DNA of 63,892 nucleotides, filler included, from Octopus bimaculoides (GCF_001194135.2; 10 parts of 10 records of this genome joined end to end with filler, not necessarily neighbours in it); one strand, 5' to 3'; positions 1 through 14,965 are shown, counted from the whole stretch's first letter. The notes: generated by a model not told the origin, from the sequence alone. A program made the numbers and translations.

Positions 1-1249
1 ATATATATATATATATACATATATAGAGAGAGACAGATAAATAGATATAGATACTTACATATATATACACACATATGTATATATCTATATAAGAAATTAT
101 GTACCTATACATAATTATACATACTTATATATGCATGTATAAGCGCGCGCACATTCACACACATTCACACACAGATACATACTACAATCTTAGTGTCGCA
201 TACGGTGTCCGCAATATCTACCATTTCATGAGGCTGCGTGTCATTTAATCTTCACCGTCAGTATTCGTTTTATTTTTGTCGAAACTTTTCTGTCCTTTAA
301 TCACGTTCAACTTTCTCAGTCTCCGTGTCTAACACATTTGATATGAAATTAATAGTATATTAGGGATTTGTCAAGGACGAGAATACTGGGTTACCTACAT
401 ATTTCTGTATTACCCCTGCGTTGAAAAGCAAATTATTATAAGTTTACAGTCTTTTATACACTGGGAATATGACTCAAGTTCGGTTGGTAAATCAAATATC
501 AAACATATATAAACTTAACGGTTAACCATATACACCAACCATGGAATAAATAATCAACATTTCTAACCAGAATTCATACATTTAGCTTTGGTAAAGTTTT
601 CAGCAAAAGAAAATTTTAAAATTCTTTTCGGACTTTTGGGGGAATTTCCCGTCAGATGGCTCTATGGCGTATACCCTTACCTAATTGTCGTTGTTTTTAT
701 GTAATCTGATGCACAGACATCCATCTCTGGGTGTTCATCCATATTTTCTTCTTTTAGTCATTAATCATCGTACAAACTGACCGTCAATGATTGAATCTAA
801 AGACTAATAAATGGTTTGGATAATTCACAAATATGTATAAAATTCGTTTGTATGTTATTAGCACGTGTATGAAACAAGAGAGATGTTTACTCACAATTAT
901 ATTTCCTGCTATTCTGATGAAAGTAGCAAGAGATAACGCAAAGGTAATTTAGCAACACATTATAACAACAAAATGTCTTTTCAGTATGTTTCTCGTATAT
1001 CTTTCAATATCAAACTACCAAAACCAGTCCATTCTCTTTGAGATCCTTCTTCTGTATTCATTACTATACTCTACTCACTAAATACTCGCAATATCTAATT
1101 TACTTACAACTTAACATCCAAGGGCTACAATCCCACAGGACCCAGTATTCTGGAAATGTTGCCTAAAGCCCGCAAAAAAAAGTAAGAAATTTATTATAGA
1201 AATTGAATGCAAGAGTTTCATACTTTCATGCTGGAGCATAGCCTTTTGC

Positions 1250-1615
1250 TGGAGGAGCAATGGCCTAGTAGTTAGGGAAGTGGACTAGCGGTTTCGATTC
1301 CCATACAGGGCACTGTGCGTGTTTATTGAGCGAAAGCACCTAAAGCTCTACGAAACTCCGAGAGTGGTGGCGAACCCTGCTGAACTCTTTCGCCACAACT
1401 TTCTCTCAACCTTTCTTCTTGTTTCTGTCGTACCTGTATTTCAAAGGGCCAGCCTTGTCACAGTCAGTGTCACGCTGAATCTTCCCGAGAACTACGTTAA
1501 GGGTACACATGTCTATGGAGTGCTCAGCCACTTGCACATTAATTTCATGAGCAGGCTGTTCCGTTGATTGGATTAACTGGAAACCTCGTCGTCGTAACCG
1601 ACGGAGTGCCACTGC
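1250..1615 (+). mobile_element. tRNA-derived SINE, near full length (family C)
   Basis: Starts with a pol III A-box-like TGGCCTAGTAGTTAG and a B-box-like GGTTTCGATTCCC, followed by a non-coding GC-richer body of about 350 bp. The overlapping short ORFs have no recognisable motifs. Confidence 0.65.
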
Positions 1616-3301
1616 CTTTGATTGAGTTTTAAGTAGCTTATCTTCCTTGAGTGGGTAAAATCGTCGCAAGGATTTTACCCAATGATTTTTAATGTTTCAC
1701 TAGAATTCCCTTTCATATTTCTGATGCTTTTGTTTTTAGGTAGGCATTTTAACAACTCCGAACATTTAAATATGAGAATGATACAATAAATTGTTTTTGC
1801 ACGTAATTTCGAAGATGGTGTATTTGGAAACAGCGAGTGCCTACTAGTTTCTCATGCTGATGTTTCGAACGCGCCCTCTGGATTTTCGATACGTATATGA
1901 CAGTATATCTCTCTCTTATGCGTTTAAGAGAGTAGAGACGCATAAATTTCAGACGTTCTCAGTAATTAAGCCTTTTCGACAAAATTATTTTGCTGGTGAA
2001 CGTTATTTGTAGCACTTTAATCTGTTCTATGAGACTGGATGAGATTGGAGACAACACCTATGAGTAGTAATCTTATCTTTACAGATATATGTTCTCAGTC
2101 ATTTAATATCTGATCTTGTGTTGGTACCTAAAACTTTGCATCGCGGCAGGTCTCTGGTGAGAAAATACTCATACGCACGTTGAAATTCAACACATTAATT
2201 ATATCATAATTATAGTGGAAAGTAATGAAATTTCTCATTTACCTCAATGATATCCTACATAGTCGCTGCTCTACTATTTGATTCAGTTAACTACACTGGA
2301 ATATTAGTTACTTTTATATAAATATGAAACAGAATCGAAATTACAGAATATTTTCACTAGTATTTGGCCTATTGAACCAACATTCATTGATCGCGGTAGC
2401 AGTAAGAAAGCATTTCGCGACAAGTGTATAATAAATTTCTTGAGTTCTATTATTTTATATAAAACACGCTTCCTCATCAGGAGCATTGCGCAAGTAGAAT
2501 ATTCCTGGCAATTATTTATTTAGGTATGTCATTCCGACAGTCACTCTGACACAGTTTACTCATGACTGGTAAAAATGCTGAGCATGAGCCATCTCTTTAA
2601 TAAAATAGACACATACACTTATACACACATGCACACATTAAAGTACAATACGACAAGCTTATTCTCCAAACTTACGTGTCATGTTTCAAATAAAATTCAG
2701 ATAGAGGCTATTTAAAAGAAAGCCGCACGAATTCGAGCAACTTAGGCTATTGGAAAGCGGAGGTTTTCGATTATGATGTATTAAACAATACCATACACTA
2801 CATCTGTACTAAGCGCTGAAATTTACTACTTATGGTTAAACAACAGAGATTTATATATATATATATATATATNNNNNNNNNNNNNNNNNNNNNNNNNNNN
2901 NNNNNNNNNNNNNNNNNNNNNNNNNNNNNNNNNNNNNNNNNNNNNNNNNNNNNNNNNNNNNNNNNNNNNNNNNNNNNNNNNNNNNNNNNNNNNNNNNNNN
3001 NNNNNNNNNNNNNNNNNNNNNNNNNNNNNNNNNNNNNNNNNNNNNNNNNNNNNNNNNNNNNNNNNNNNNNNNNNNNNNNNNNNNNNNNNNNNNNNNNNNN
3101 NNNNNNNNNNNNNNNNNNNNNNNNNNNNNNNNNNNNNNNNNNNNNNNNNNNNNNNNNNNNNNNNNNNNNNNNNNNNNNNNNNNNNNNNNNNNNNNNNNNN
3201 NNNNNNNNNNNNNNNNNNNNNNNNNNNNNNNNNNNNNNNNNNNNNNNNNNNNNNNNNNNNNNNNNNNNNNNNNNNNNNNNNNNNNNNNNNNNNNNNNNNN
3301 N

Positions 3302-3337
<36 letters not shown>

Positions 3338-3547
3338 GTGTATATGTGTGCGTGCGTGTGCGTCTGTATGTATGTATGTATGCATATATGCATATATGTA
3401 TGTTTGTGTATAAGTACAAAACCTGCGATAAAATACGTTTAGTGTCAGGCAAAATATCACTGTACAAGATTAAAATTAAATGCCAAAAAAAAGACAACGA
3501 GTTATATTGTGAAGTAATATAGGGCAATGAGTGTGTGGGTAGGTATG

Positions 3548-3609
<62 letters not shown>

Positions 3610-4711
3610 ATGCTGTTTGAACTTATCTGAGTTGTATATTTTCTGCATCAATATTAACGTTTTGTAGGCACACAATATTTCCTTATGCAACCATAATATG
3701 CTGCAAGTATATTAAACTCTTCTAGAAGACAATATCGTCTTCAATTGTGTTTTCTGTGCACTTAAATCGCGTACGAATGTCATTTGTACAGAACTTCTAT
3801 AGAAATCGTAGCCATCACTGATTCTGTTACGATGATCCGTATCGGAGGCGTGAGATGTTAACAAAAATGAAAAATTGAGTAATGGGCATATATACGATAT
3901 CTCGGATACGAAACGCTATAAAATAATCAGTGGCGCCTATAATTTCTATAGAAAATCGATGGAGATGAGCGTAACCCTTGTTTTAAGTACACTGGTAACA
4001 CAGTAGTACACGGTTTTGACATATTTAAATGTTTAATATACCATGTGCATACAAGCCATTAATATTTACGTATCAGCTCCCAGGAATGTGTTTCATATGT
4101 AAAAAGGTATATTCAATAATGAGACAGTGCTAGATATAGTGGCTTTTTAAGCAATGAGTTAGTGAATGATTAATGGGTTAGATGGGCACTCATGAAGGAG
4201 AAAAATAATCCCGCAAAATGGTATATACACCCATTAGACATTTCTCATCTTCGATCTCATTGTTTGTATATATATCTGACGTCTCGGATAGGAGAGGTTG
4301 TAACAAAATCAGTATTGGCTATGATTTCTATAAACAATCTGCAAAGATGACCTTAACACGTAATCTACAGTAATATAGCCATCTCAATAATAATGAATAT
4401 ATGGGGAGATAACTAGAAAGCTTTTCAGGTTGTACTAATGCTGATTGTGATAATGACTTTGAGAAGATATGAATTATCTAGGTATTACTTTATACAGATC
4501 ATACTTTTTGCATAGGAAGACGGAAATCGTTTGGTTCAAATATTAACTAAGTCTCCATAGAGTAAATTATATGTATATTTACAACAGACTATCTCTCTCT
4601 TCCTCTCCCTCTCTTTCTCTCTGTCTGTGTATGTCTCTCTCTCTATCTATCTATCAATCTATGTATGTATGTATGTATGTATGTATGTATGTATGTATGT
4701 ATGTATGCATG

Positions 4712-4777
<66 letters not shown>

Positions 4778-4814
4778 AACACAGGTACTTATACAAACGC
4801 ATATATGATATATA

Positions 4815-5691
4815 TTGTGTTAGCAACTACGTTCCCGCCGTTGTTTTAAATTTTTGATTGGTATGCCAACTTCAAAAATGGAAATTTTGACCTCAACGAC
4901 GGATCTCGTTCTGGCCGTCCAGTTGCGTTCGATGAAGTGCGATTAAATGGAGAAAATGGAATGCTCCCACAAAAATCAACGAGCCACACTCTCCGCTGAT
5001 TTCCTTGCTCGTCACCGCTCAACTCATGGACAGAAGCAACGATCTCTTTACCGAATCGTTACTGGCGACGAAAAATGGTGCCTGTACATCAATATGAAGC
5101 AGCGTAAGGAATTGCTTAGCCCCGGTAAACAAGCGACACCGCGCGTGAAACAAGATCTTCATCCACGTAAACCGATGTTGTGCGTATGGTGGGACTGGGA
5201 AGGGATTATCTATTACGAATTGCTCGAACGGAACCAAACGGTCAACGCGGAACTCTATGTTCAACAAATGGAACGACTCAACACGGCTATTCAAGAGAAA
5301 AGGCTTACTCTGCTGCACGAGAACGCCCGCTCTCATATCACCAATATGACCAAGGAAGCCATTGAAACACATGGCTGGGAAGTGCTGCGACACCCGGCGT
5401 ACTTTCATGATTTAGCACCAACGGATTTCTACCTATTTCTATCTCTTTCAAATACTATGCGAGGAATTTCGTTCAATACTGAAGCAGAATTGAGAGCTTG
5501 GTTGGCTCAATTTTTCGAGACAAAATCGTGTGATTTCTACCAACGAGGTATTGAAAATCTGGTTGAACGTTAGGAAGAAGTTGTAAACAACAAGGGTGAA
5601 TACATTATTGATTAATTAGTTGTTAATTTTTATTAAACCTTTTAAAAAATTGCAATTTAAAAAAGCGACGGGAACTTAGTTGCACACCGAA
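4815..5691 (+). mobile_element. Mariner (Tc1/mariner) DNA transposon, internally deleted, both TIRs retained
   Basis: The 5' TIR ttgtgttagcaactacgttcccgccg (4815-4840) is an imperfect inverted match to the 3' TIR cgacgggaacttagttgcacaccgaa (5666-5691), with TA on both flanks. Transposase motifs: WYANFKNGNFDLNDGSRSGRP, IVTGDEKW, HPRKPMLCVWWD, LLHENARSH, HDLAPTDFYLF. The HTH/WVPHEL region is deleted near 4950 and the second catalytic Asp is changed to Glu. Confidence 0.93.
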
Positions 5692-5774
5692 TATAACTAC
5701 AAAAGATATTTACATGGAGTCCATAAAATGCAAAATTTTCGGGGAGATTGTAGTTCGTTGATTTTTGTTGTTGT

Positions 5775-5850
5775 CTCAGAAAGTAAAGATAGACGAAATA
5801 CCGCTAAGCATTTCGCCCGGCGTGCTAGAGTTTCTGCTAGCTCACCGCCT
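5775..5850 (-). mobile_element. SINE family A, tRNA-like head only
   Basis: Matches the head of the copies at 56340-56580 and 62215-62433 (gacgaaataccgctaagcatttcgcccggcgtgcta). Confidence 0.8.
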
Positions 5851-8186
5851 TTCATCAGCTATTTCTTGATAAAGCGGTTACCTCCAGCTGGGTTGTAGAC
5901 GCTACTTGAAATATGAAATAAATGACTCTTAGATTATCTTATACTCTCTTAAGTAAAGTAACAATATCGTTATTTTTAAAGTGACGAAACAATCATACCT
6001 GAAATATCATCAACCCTATAACTATTAGATTATAGCTTGGTCGTCAATATTAGCAATGTAATCCAATATTAGTTCGAGCCATACTTTATTCGTCCTATTT
6101 CCTTTCCAATCATGTTTATGTACAGTAATCTAATCCAATTTACGATTATTACTCAAACATAGAATTTAATGTGTATTGGAGAACATCGAGAAGTACAAAT
6201 ACAATCAATAAAAACTGGCTAATAGTGCTGCTGGTTGAGAGGGCAAGAAAATTCATTTAAAATTAAATTCACCAAATGGGTACAACAGTACGTATGAATG
6301 CCTTTGCGCAAATATATACGGGCAATTGAGACGTGTAAGCTATATACAAGTCTCACTTTTTATATCAAACTATTGGACACTAATTGGACAGACTCAATTA
6401 GTTATTCTTTTGATTTACACTCATCTGTTTCGATAACAGTTACTGCAGCTCCGTAAAAACGTAATACTACAAAATATGTGAGTGTATTAGACCCGGTGTC
6501 TTACTAAGAGACAGGTGTTAGTGCATAGTGCATCACAGGTTTCATTAATCTAATTATTAGTGTTTAATTGAATCAGTATGATTCAATGTAGAAGATAGCT
6601 GTTGATTGATTTGGGCGTAATCTAAATAGTTTAATGATTTTCTTATCAACAACGTTCATACAATATTCCAGCAAATATAAAACGATGGTTACATCCCATT
6701 ACTCCGATTGACAACGTAAAATGTTGAGCAAAATTTTTAACCCTTGTTAAAATAGCATTTATAAAATTCGAAATCTATATTATGGCACAAGGTGTTAATC
6801 GGAAGATATAACAGCGTTCCTCGTACTGAAGGTTTCATTTACCTTTATTTTGTCAACTGTATTTGAAACGTTACCATGAATCAGGTGCCTAACAGCATAA
6901 TATGCGAATGAGTAAAGATAGGAAAAGGAACAGTAAAAAGATTAGATTGCTTCGCTTGTGTGCAAATATGTATATACTGGAGAGGAGGAAGCGTTATGAA
7001 GTTTTGAATACGCTCGTCTACATTCCTTAGTATTTTACACACAAATTCTATTGTACAGTGTTGGAAGTAAAGTTCATTATTTATATATATTGAAGTAGGT
7101 TTTCAACTGGAATACGTCTATTCGTCACAGTCTTATATTATCGTTTTAATGACTTCATATACAACTGAACAATTATTTATTCATCTTAAGAATATAGATA
7201 CAACAATTTACCTTGGACATTTACATGCATACACACATATACACGCTCCCCACCACATTTATCAAATAGATGTCTTATAACACTATTACACATATACAAT
7301 AACAGCTATACCAATAATCCAACATACCTCCATCATCAGCTGCCCCACGGATATCGCTATAGCTTCGACAACTGGGCAGTACCATTCACTCCAGCGGTGT
7401 CAACAGCACTAAAACACGCCTTGTGTTGGAACAAACATACCTTAGATATCACCACATTCATTCAGTCTTAATTCTAGGAAGGATTAAACGCTAACATTAT
7501 TAATTAAACTACAACAAAAAACCACGTTTAACCTATGTACAAAAACAACATCGGTAAATTAATAATTCTATACGTAAACCTATAACTGACTCCTAAAATA
7601 TCTAACTGAATAGTAACTTAAAGCTTGAATTTTATGCAGATAATAATCTCACCAGTTTACCATAGATATTAATATAAAAGTGACAGCTTTTATATTCTAT
7701 TCTTTCCAAAACAAAACAAACTAGATTGAACTTAACTAAAAATATAATTCTAAGAGAATTAAACTATTTCATATCCTAAAATTTAATAATTAAAACATAC
7801 CGATTAAATATTCGTTATCCTTACATGCTTTTATGTTAAACTTATACCAGTAATTTAATAGATAATACTAAAATACCGTTATTAAACCAGAAACTAATAA
7901 AAGAATACACATAATTAATTGTTATCAGAACCTTGTCAGGATTAAAAGATAATATAAAATAAATTATTACCACTTACATTGTATCTGGACATACGAGAGT
8001 CAAGTCAATCAATTTCTCATACGACTTTAACCTTTAGGTGCCGTGGTGCGTAGTCCACTACTTTCTCAAATGTCTTTAACTATTTTGGTGGCGTAGAACG
8101 CAATTTCTACTAAATGCTTCAACAGTTAATTTATTCTTGCCAAAGAGCTATTAGTCGCATATCAGTAACAGACGTACTTGAGGACT

Positions 8187-8239
<53 letters not shown>

Positions 8240-8289
8240 TAGGGAGAGAGAGAGAGCGATTTAAATTATATATAAATATATAAAATCGC

Positions 8290-8585
8290 AATGAAGGGTA
8301 CGTGGAGAAAGTAACAACATGCTAGAAATAAACGTTAAAAATACTTTAGACTACCTATTTCACTTGCTCAAGTGAATGCAGGGAAATACGCAAAATAAAT
8401 TTCGCCTACGTTTAATGGATAAACAGATGTGTAGATGAGACTATCTGTTTATCCATTAAAAGTAGGCTAAATTTATTTTGCTCATTATTTCGCGTTCACC
8501 TGTGTAAAATAGAGAAATAGGTTGTTCAGAGTCTTTTTGACTTCCATTTCTAGCATGTTGTTACTTTTTCCAAGTACCCTTCATT
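8290..8585. repeat. Foldback inverted repeat, arms of about 140 bp, 14-nt loop
   Basis: Left arm aatgaagggtac...ggataaacagat (8290-8428) pairs with right arm atctgtttatcc...gtacccttcatt (8443-8585). The loop is gtgtagatgagact. Confidence 0.9.
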
Positions 8586-8659
8586 ATGATTATATATACT
8601 TCCATATATAATTATAAATCAATATTAATTTTTACCTTTATGGTTATAAAATTGCATTC

Positions 8660-8669
8660 TAGCAACTGA

Positions 8670-8738
<69 letters not shown>

Positions 8739-8770
8739 CATTATTATTGTTGTTGTTGTTGTTGTTGTTA
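8660..8770. repeat. (ATT)n/(GTT)n microsatellite
   Basis: Seen directly in the sequence. Confidence 0.95.
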
Positions 8771-8831
8771 TTGTATGATGATTTTTAATATTATCATAAT
8801 AATATATTAAGAAAAAATAATATTAATCATG

Positions 8832-8869
<38 letters not shown>

Positions 8870-9380
8870 CACATGTTTTTTTCATATATATATATATATA
8901 TATATATACATGCATACATATTAACACTCATATATATTCACACATAGATATAGCTATACATACATGCATACACAGACGTATATATTAAATTATACAAGAA
9001 AACGTTCACAGTGCCCCGCGTAGTACATTGCACAAGCCTCTTCTACTATAGCCTCGGGGGCTATGGTAGATTTGGTAGACAGAAAATGGTTGAAACTGGG
9101 CGTATATATATGTGTGTGTGTTTGTGCCTGATCACCACCATCATTGCTTGGGATGCGTTTTGCCAACATAATGTGACATTATTCAAAAACTAGAAATATT
9201 ATGATTTCTAAATCTCTCAAAGAGAGACATTCGGTATCAGTTCTTTAACATAAATACTATTTGCCAACATAATATGGCTTTCCTGAAGGGGACGATGTTA
9301 CTGTTGTTATATATCCGAGAAACATCATTTCTCGCTGGCTATATGACAGAGTACTCTGTCCATATATTTTCGAACAGCGT

Positions 9381-9501
9381 TCTTCTTCTTCTTCTTCTTC
9401 TTCTTCTTCTTCTTCTTCTTCTTCTTCTTCTTCTTCTTCTTCTTCTTCTTCTTCTTCTTCTTCTTCTTCTTCTTCTTCTTCTTCTTCTTCTTCTTCTTCT
9501 T
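9381..9501. repeat. (CTT)n microsatellite running into an N gap
   Basis: Seen directly; it is the source of the poly-L/E/K/R ORFs in the track. Confidence 0.97.
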
Positions 9502-10278
9502 NNNNNNNNNNNNNNNNNNNNNNNNNNNNNNNNNNNNNNNNNNNNNNNNNNNNNNNNNNNNNNNNNNNNNNNNNNNNNNNNNNNNNNNNNNNNNNNNNNN
9601 NNNNNNNNNNNNNNNNNNNNNNNNNNNNNNNNNNNNNNNNNNNNNNNNNNNNNNNNNNNNNNNNNNNNNNNNNNNNNNNNNNNNNNNNNNNNNNNNNNNN
9701 NNNNNNNNNNNNNNNNNNNNNNNNNNNNNNNNNNNNNNNNNNNNNNNNNNNNNNNNNNNNNNNNNNNNNNNNNNNNNNNNNNNNNNNNNNNNNNNNNNNN
9801 NNNNNNNNNNNNNNNNNNNNNNNNNNNNNNNNNNNNNNNNNNNNNNNNNNNNNNNNNNNNNNNNNNNNNNNNNNNNNNNNNNNNNNNNNNNNNNNNNNNN
9901 NNNNNNNNNNNNNNNNNNNNNNNNNNNNNNNNNNNNNNNNNNNNNNNNNNNNNNNNNNNNNNNNNNNNNNNNNNNNNNNNNNNNNNNNNNNNNNNNNNNN
10001 NNNNNNNNNNNNNNNNNNNNNNNNNNNNNNNNNNNNNNNNNNNNNNNNNNNNNNNNNNNNNNNNNNNNNNNNNNNNNNNNNNNNNNNNNNNNNNNNNNNN
10101 NNNNNNNNNNNNNNNNNNNNNNNNNNNNNNNNNNNNNNNNNNNNNNNNNNNNNNNNNNNNNNNNNNNNNNNNNNNNNNNNNNNNNNNNNNNNNNNNNNNN
10201 NNNNNNNNNNNNNNNNNNNNNNNNNNNNNNNNNNNNNNNNNNNNNNNNNNNNNNNNNNNNNNNNNNNNNNNNNNNNTG

Positions 10279-10312
<34 letters not shown>

Positions 10313-11432
10313 AATACATATATATATATACACATACACATATTTATATGTATGTATGTATGTATGTATGTGAGAGAGATCTAAAATTTTTGTACAGAGA
10401 ATTCTTGCAATGTTAATAGTATTCTCTTCGAGCATAAACTTGAATGTATTTTCTGGAAATCCCATTTTCGAGTGAGACATAATTATATTTTAAAGAAAGA
10501 TTAACGAACTTTTGAAATTACATTTCGTTCACTATATTCAGCAAATCGAATTTTTTTCAGTGTTCCGATCACATTGCTGTACAGGTATAAATTGGAGTAT
10601 TATATAATATAATATGTGGTTTTCATCATTTTGGAACAGAGAACACGATCGAAAGAGTCTCCAGTTAAATGAAATACAGTTCATTGCATATTAGCTGATT
10701 TATAAAAGTAATTCATCATTTAAATATGAATTTCAAAGCGAGTCACAAATTAAGGCGAAATACAAGGCAACATTTCATATCGATTAAACGTCCATAGTAA
10801 TTTATTGGCATATTAATTGATGCAACTGAGAAGGATAAAATATTCCATTAACTTGGTAGAGGTCTGAAGCCAGAATGTGAAAGAATGACACGTTACAGTG
10901 GTCTATTTTACGAAATTTCTGGTGATACTCTCATGCACCAATGTTATAAACAAGAACGAGCAATTTAGTCTGTGGTTGGTTCCATATGGTCTCCTTATTA
11001 TATATTTGCTCGTTGTTGTTTCTCTTGTTTCTGTCAGTAATTACTCCACATGCACTAAATAAACAAACATTGACCAAATTATTTCGGCTATTACACTACC
11101 GTCTTATTTACCGATAATAAATTCAGCATTATCTTATTCCATGTGCTGTTGTATTTTGAACGTAGAAAAAAAATGGCTGTAATTTCTATCACTTCAAACA
11201 TGCGTATGCAGGCGTAAATCGTTTGAAAAGAAGCATATTGAAAATAAGGCAGAATAATCTTGTACTTAAGAATTATTTTGCTGATATTACCGCGCTTTGA
11301 AGCCAAATGAATGTATATTATTGTAAATATCTTTTGCCTTGGAAACATTTCATGACAACATGATGGCTAAGAATTCTTGGGAAAATATCGCAGTTTGTAA
11401 TTTACACTTTTCTGATTCGTTATGATTAGTGT

Positions 11433-11483
11433 CATCATCATCATCAGCATCATCATCATGACCATCATCATCATCATCATGAC

Positions 11484-11543
<60 letters not shown>

Positions 11544-11545
11544 GA
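11433..11545. repeat. (CAT)n microsatellite
   Basis: Seen directly; it is the source of the poly-D and poly-M ORFs. Confidence 0.95.
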
Positions 11546-11911
11546 TTATGAGTAACGTCTTGACCACCATATAAAACGCTCATATTATGTTCACGTAGAT
11601 TATCAGCAGCAATTTTGTCGACAAAGAATAAAATGTTCGTTTATTTTAGCTACCTAATGTGACATGATACGCTGGAAAATCTGTATAGACAAAGTTTACT
11701 TCGTGATCATCTGTTTAGAATCCAGTGCATTAAAATAAGTGTGTGTATATATAAAAACACACGCACTTTTGTATGAGCAGATAATATCGTTACATTTCAG
11801 ACGTTATCAGATTAAACGACTCTGGTCGACACTAGATGCATTTAGTGGCATCCATTGTTGAATGCATCTGCAACATGCGTTCCGTCTGAGGATAAATCCA
11901 GTTTTATACAT

Positions 11912-11978
<67 letters not shown>

Positions 11979-12359
11979 CACATATATAAATATATATATT
12001 ATTATATTATATAGATATATATTGTATATATATATNNNNNNNNNNNNNNNNNNNNNNNNNNNNNNNNNNNNNNNNNNNNNNNNNNNNNNNNNNNNNNNNN
12101 NNNNNNNNNNNNNNNNNNNNNNNNNNNNNNNNNNNNNNNNNNNNNNNNNNNNNNNNNNNNNNNNNNNNNNNNNNNNNNNNNNNNNNNNNNNNNNNNNNNN
12201 NNNNNNNNNNNNNNNNNNNNNNNNNNNNNNNNNNNNNNNNNNNNNNNNNNNNNNNNNNNNNNNNNNNNNNNNNNNNNNNNNNNNNNNNNNNNNNNNNNNN
12301 NNNNNNNNNNNNNNNNNNNNNNNNNNNNNNNNNNNNNNNNNNNNNNNNNNNNNNNNNNN

Positions 12360-12423
<64 letters not shown>

Positions 12424-13969
12424 TTATATATACATACATATACACTTATTAAATTGTTGCTGTGTTAAAAGTGGACTCGCTAACAGATAAAGGATAAGTA
12501 TTGCTATTAAGGACACTATCTGTAAACATCAAATTTCATATAAACATCAAATTTCATATAAACATCAAAACCACAAAATGAAAATTGCAAACATAAATAT
12601 ATCTATAACTATAGAAAGTAAAAGTAATAGTGAAGGATACACAATAGCAAAGTGTAGATAAACAAAATCACATACATTTCAAAATAGATACAGCCACAGG
12701 TGCTATAAAACATAGGGAAACTGAATACGTATCAGAAAAAAATATATATTGCAGCCAGACCATAATATAACACAACTTGTAGTTTATTTAGAATATTCCA
12801 AATCCTCAACACAAATCGGGTCTGAGCCTTTCGAATATGTGGACTTATAGATTGCTTCTCTAAGTCCAATCATTGAGACTCGTGCTTTGCTTTTACTCCA
12901 TCTGTGCTGACAGGGACCGCAAAAGTAAAATAATAAAGCTCAATGGCTATTAGCGGAGCCTCTACAATGACAGTCATTAATACAGATTTATAAAAATATA
13001 TACCAGCATCTCGATACCAAGAATAACGCCACAGTCAAAAAAAGAAGGAAAAAAACAAACACAAGAAAATACAACAAATTTTTTTCAATGTCTAAATTAA
13101 CAAGATAACATAATCGGAGCAAATTTTGCGTTGTATAATACCCAAAAAATATTAGTCATTACATTATGTACGCACTTAATTTCGGTTCGGTGAGATCTAA
13201 GAGGAATAATAACAATCAAGTATTATGAAGCGATCGATTGAATATTGATTATAGTTTGTCTACATACGATAAAGACAACCTCGCATGAGAAATGCGTCAT
13301 ATAAAGATATAGACTTACAAGATAGCTGTTTCTCTTTGTACGTTTATATCAATTAATTACATTGTGTCGCTACGCCCTCACAAATAGTCTGTCTCTATCT
13401 CAATCTAAATCGATATTAACGAATTGTAAGTGCGCACACTATTTCATAAGCACACGCACGCACTCACACACACACACACACACACACATACACACACACA
13501 CACACAAACACACACCAACCTAGCGTCTCAATTGATCTCTCTCGGTCTATTTTGTCAGTATATGAAAATATTTACATATATACTTGTGTATGTATATTTA
13601 TATGTAAATATCTCTCTCTCTCTCTCTCTCNNNNNNNNNNNNNNNNNNNNNNNNNNNNNNNNNNNNNNNNNNNNNNNNNNNNNNNNNNNNNNNNNNNNNN
13701 NNNNNNNNNNNNNNNNNNNNNNNNNNNNNNNNNNNNNNNNNNNNNNNNNNNNNNNNNNNNNNNNNNNNNNNNNNNNNNNNNNNNNNNNNNNNNNNNNNNN
13801 NNNNNNNNNNNNNNNNNNNNNNNNNNNNNNNNNNNNNNNNNNNNNNNNNNNNNNNNNNNNNNNNNNNNNNNNNNNNNNNNNNNNNNNNNNNNNNNNNNNN
13901 NNNNNNNNNNNNNNNNNNNNNNNNNNNNNNNNNNNNNNNNNNNNNNNNNNNNNNNNNNNNNNNNNNNNN

Positions 13970-14000
<31 letters not shown>

Positions 14001-14666
14001 CATATGCTTATACACATACTTACACGCACATACGTATATCTAGGTAAGTAGATAGGTGGGTAACTGTTCATTTATAGCTATATATGCATCAACGTATACG
14101 TATATTCGCTTATGTTCCTGTGTGTGTGTGCGTGCGTTTGAAATTGTGTGTGTATGTCTGTTGCTATTTCTTCCCAAATCGTCCTGATGAACTGTTCAAA
14201 GTGTAAATTAAAGTGGGTTATGCGGAAATTAACTGGAAGCTAACTTTGAAATAACCAATTTATTATCCTCTTTACTGCACTTAGATTTTAACTTAAAGGG
14301 TGTTATCATCGATATTGATTAAATAGTAAGAAAAAAACCCAACAAAAGGCAAAAAGAAAACAAATATTGATAGATGCCGATTGATATCGTGTTAAATTAG
14401 CAGAAATATGCAATTAGTTTATAATTGGTGATGTTTATAATGTTTATAATTTGCTCTCTACTTTCCCTGTGCTATTAATTTTGACAAAATAATATCGAAT
14501 ATTTGTTTGACGTATACATAAATACATGCAAATATATATACATATATATACATTCATATATAAATATATATATGTATACGTATATATGTATATATATATA
14601 TACTAATATATACTTTTGTTATTTACACCACCTGTCCTCGTCTGTTGTTATTTTTTGTATATTCTC

Positions 14667-14719
<53 letters not shown>

Positions 14720-14932
14720 CATGTATATATGATTTTGTGTGCATTTATATGTATATATATATATTTATATGCTTGTATGGATACATAAATAAATACACAC
14801 ACACATATATATATNNNNNNNNNNNNNNNNNNNNNNNNNNNNNNNNNNNNNNNNNNNNNNNNNNNNNNNNNNNNNNNNNNNNNNNNNNNNNNNNNNNNNN
14901 NNNNNNNNNNNNNNNNNNNNNNNNNNNNNNNN

Positions 14933-14965
<33 letters not shown>

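Noticed and set aside
897-936. CTGATGA in a hairpin loop (similar isolated cores at 2474-2480 on the minus strand, 14184, 30317 and 35884)
   Set aside because: No stem II followed by GAAA can be formed, so these are not hammerheads.
1250-1310. tRNA-like A and B boxes in the SINE heads
   Set aside because: No complete cloverleaf or anticodon arm; these are SINE heads, not tRNA genes.
2798-3527. Long ORFs spanning N gaps and (TA)n/(CA)n tracts, here and at 9257, 18389, 26042, 29326, 42448, 53020, 58588 and 60617
   Set aside because: Artefacts of N runs and microsatellites.
12522-12570. 19-bp tandem repeat x2.5 (and a 59-bp duplication at about 17685-17800)
   Set aside because: Ordinary slippage duplications with no further structure.
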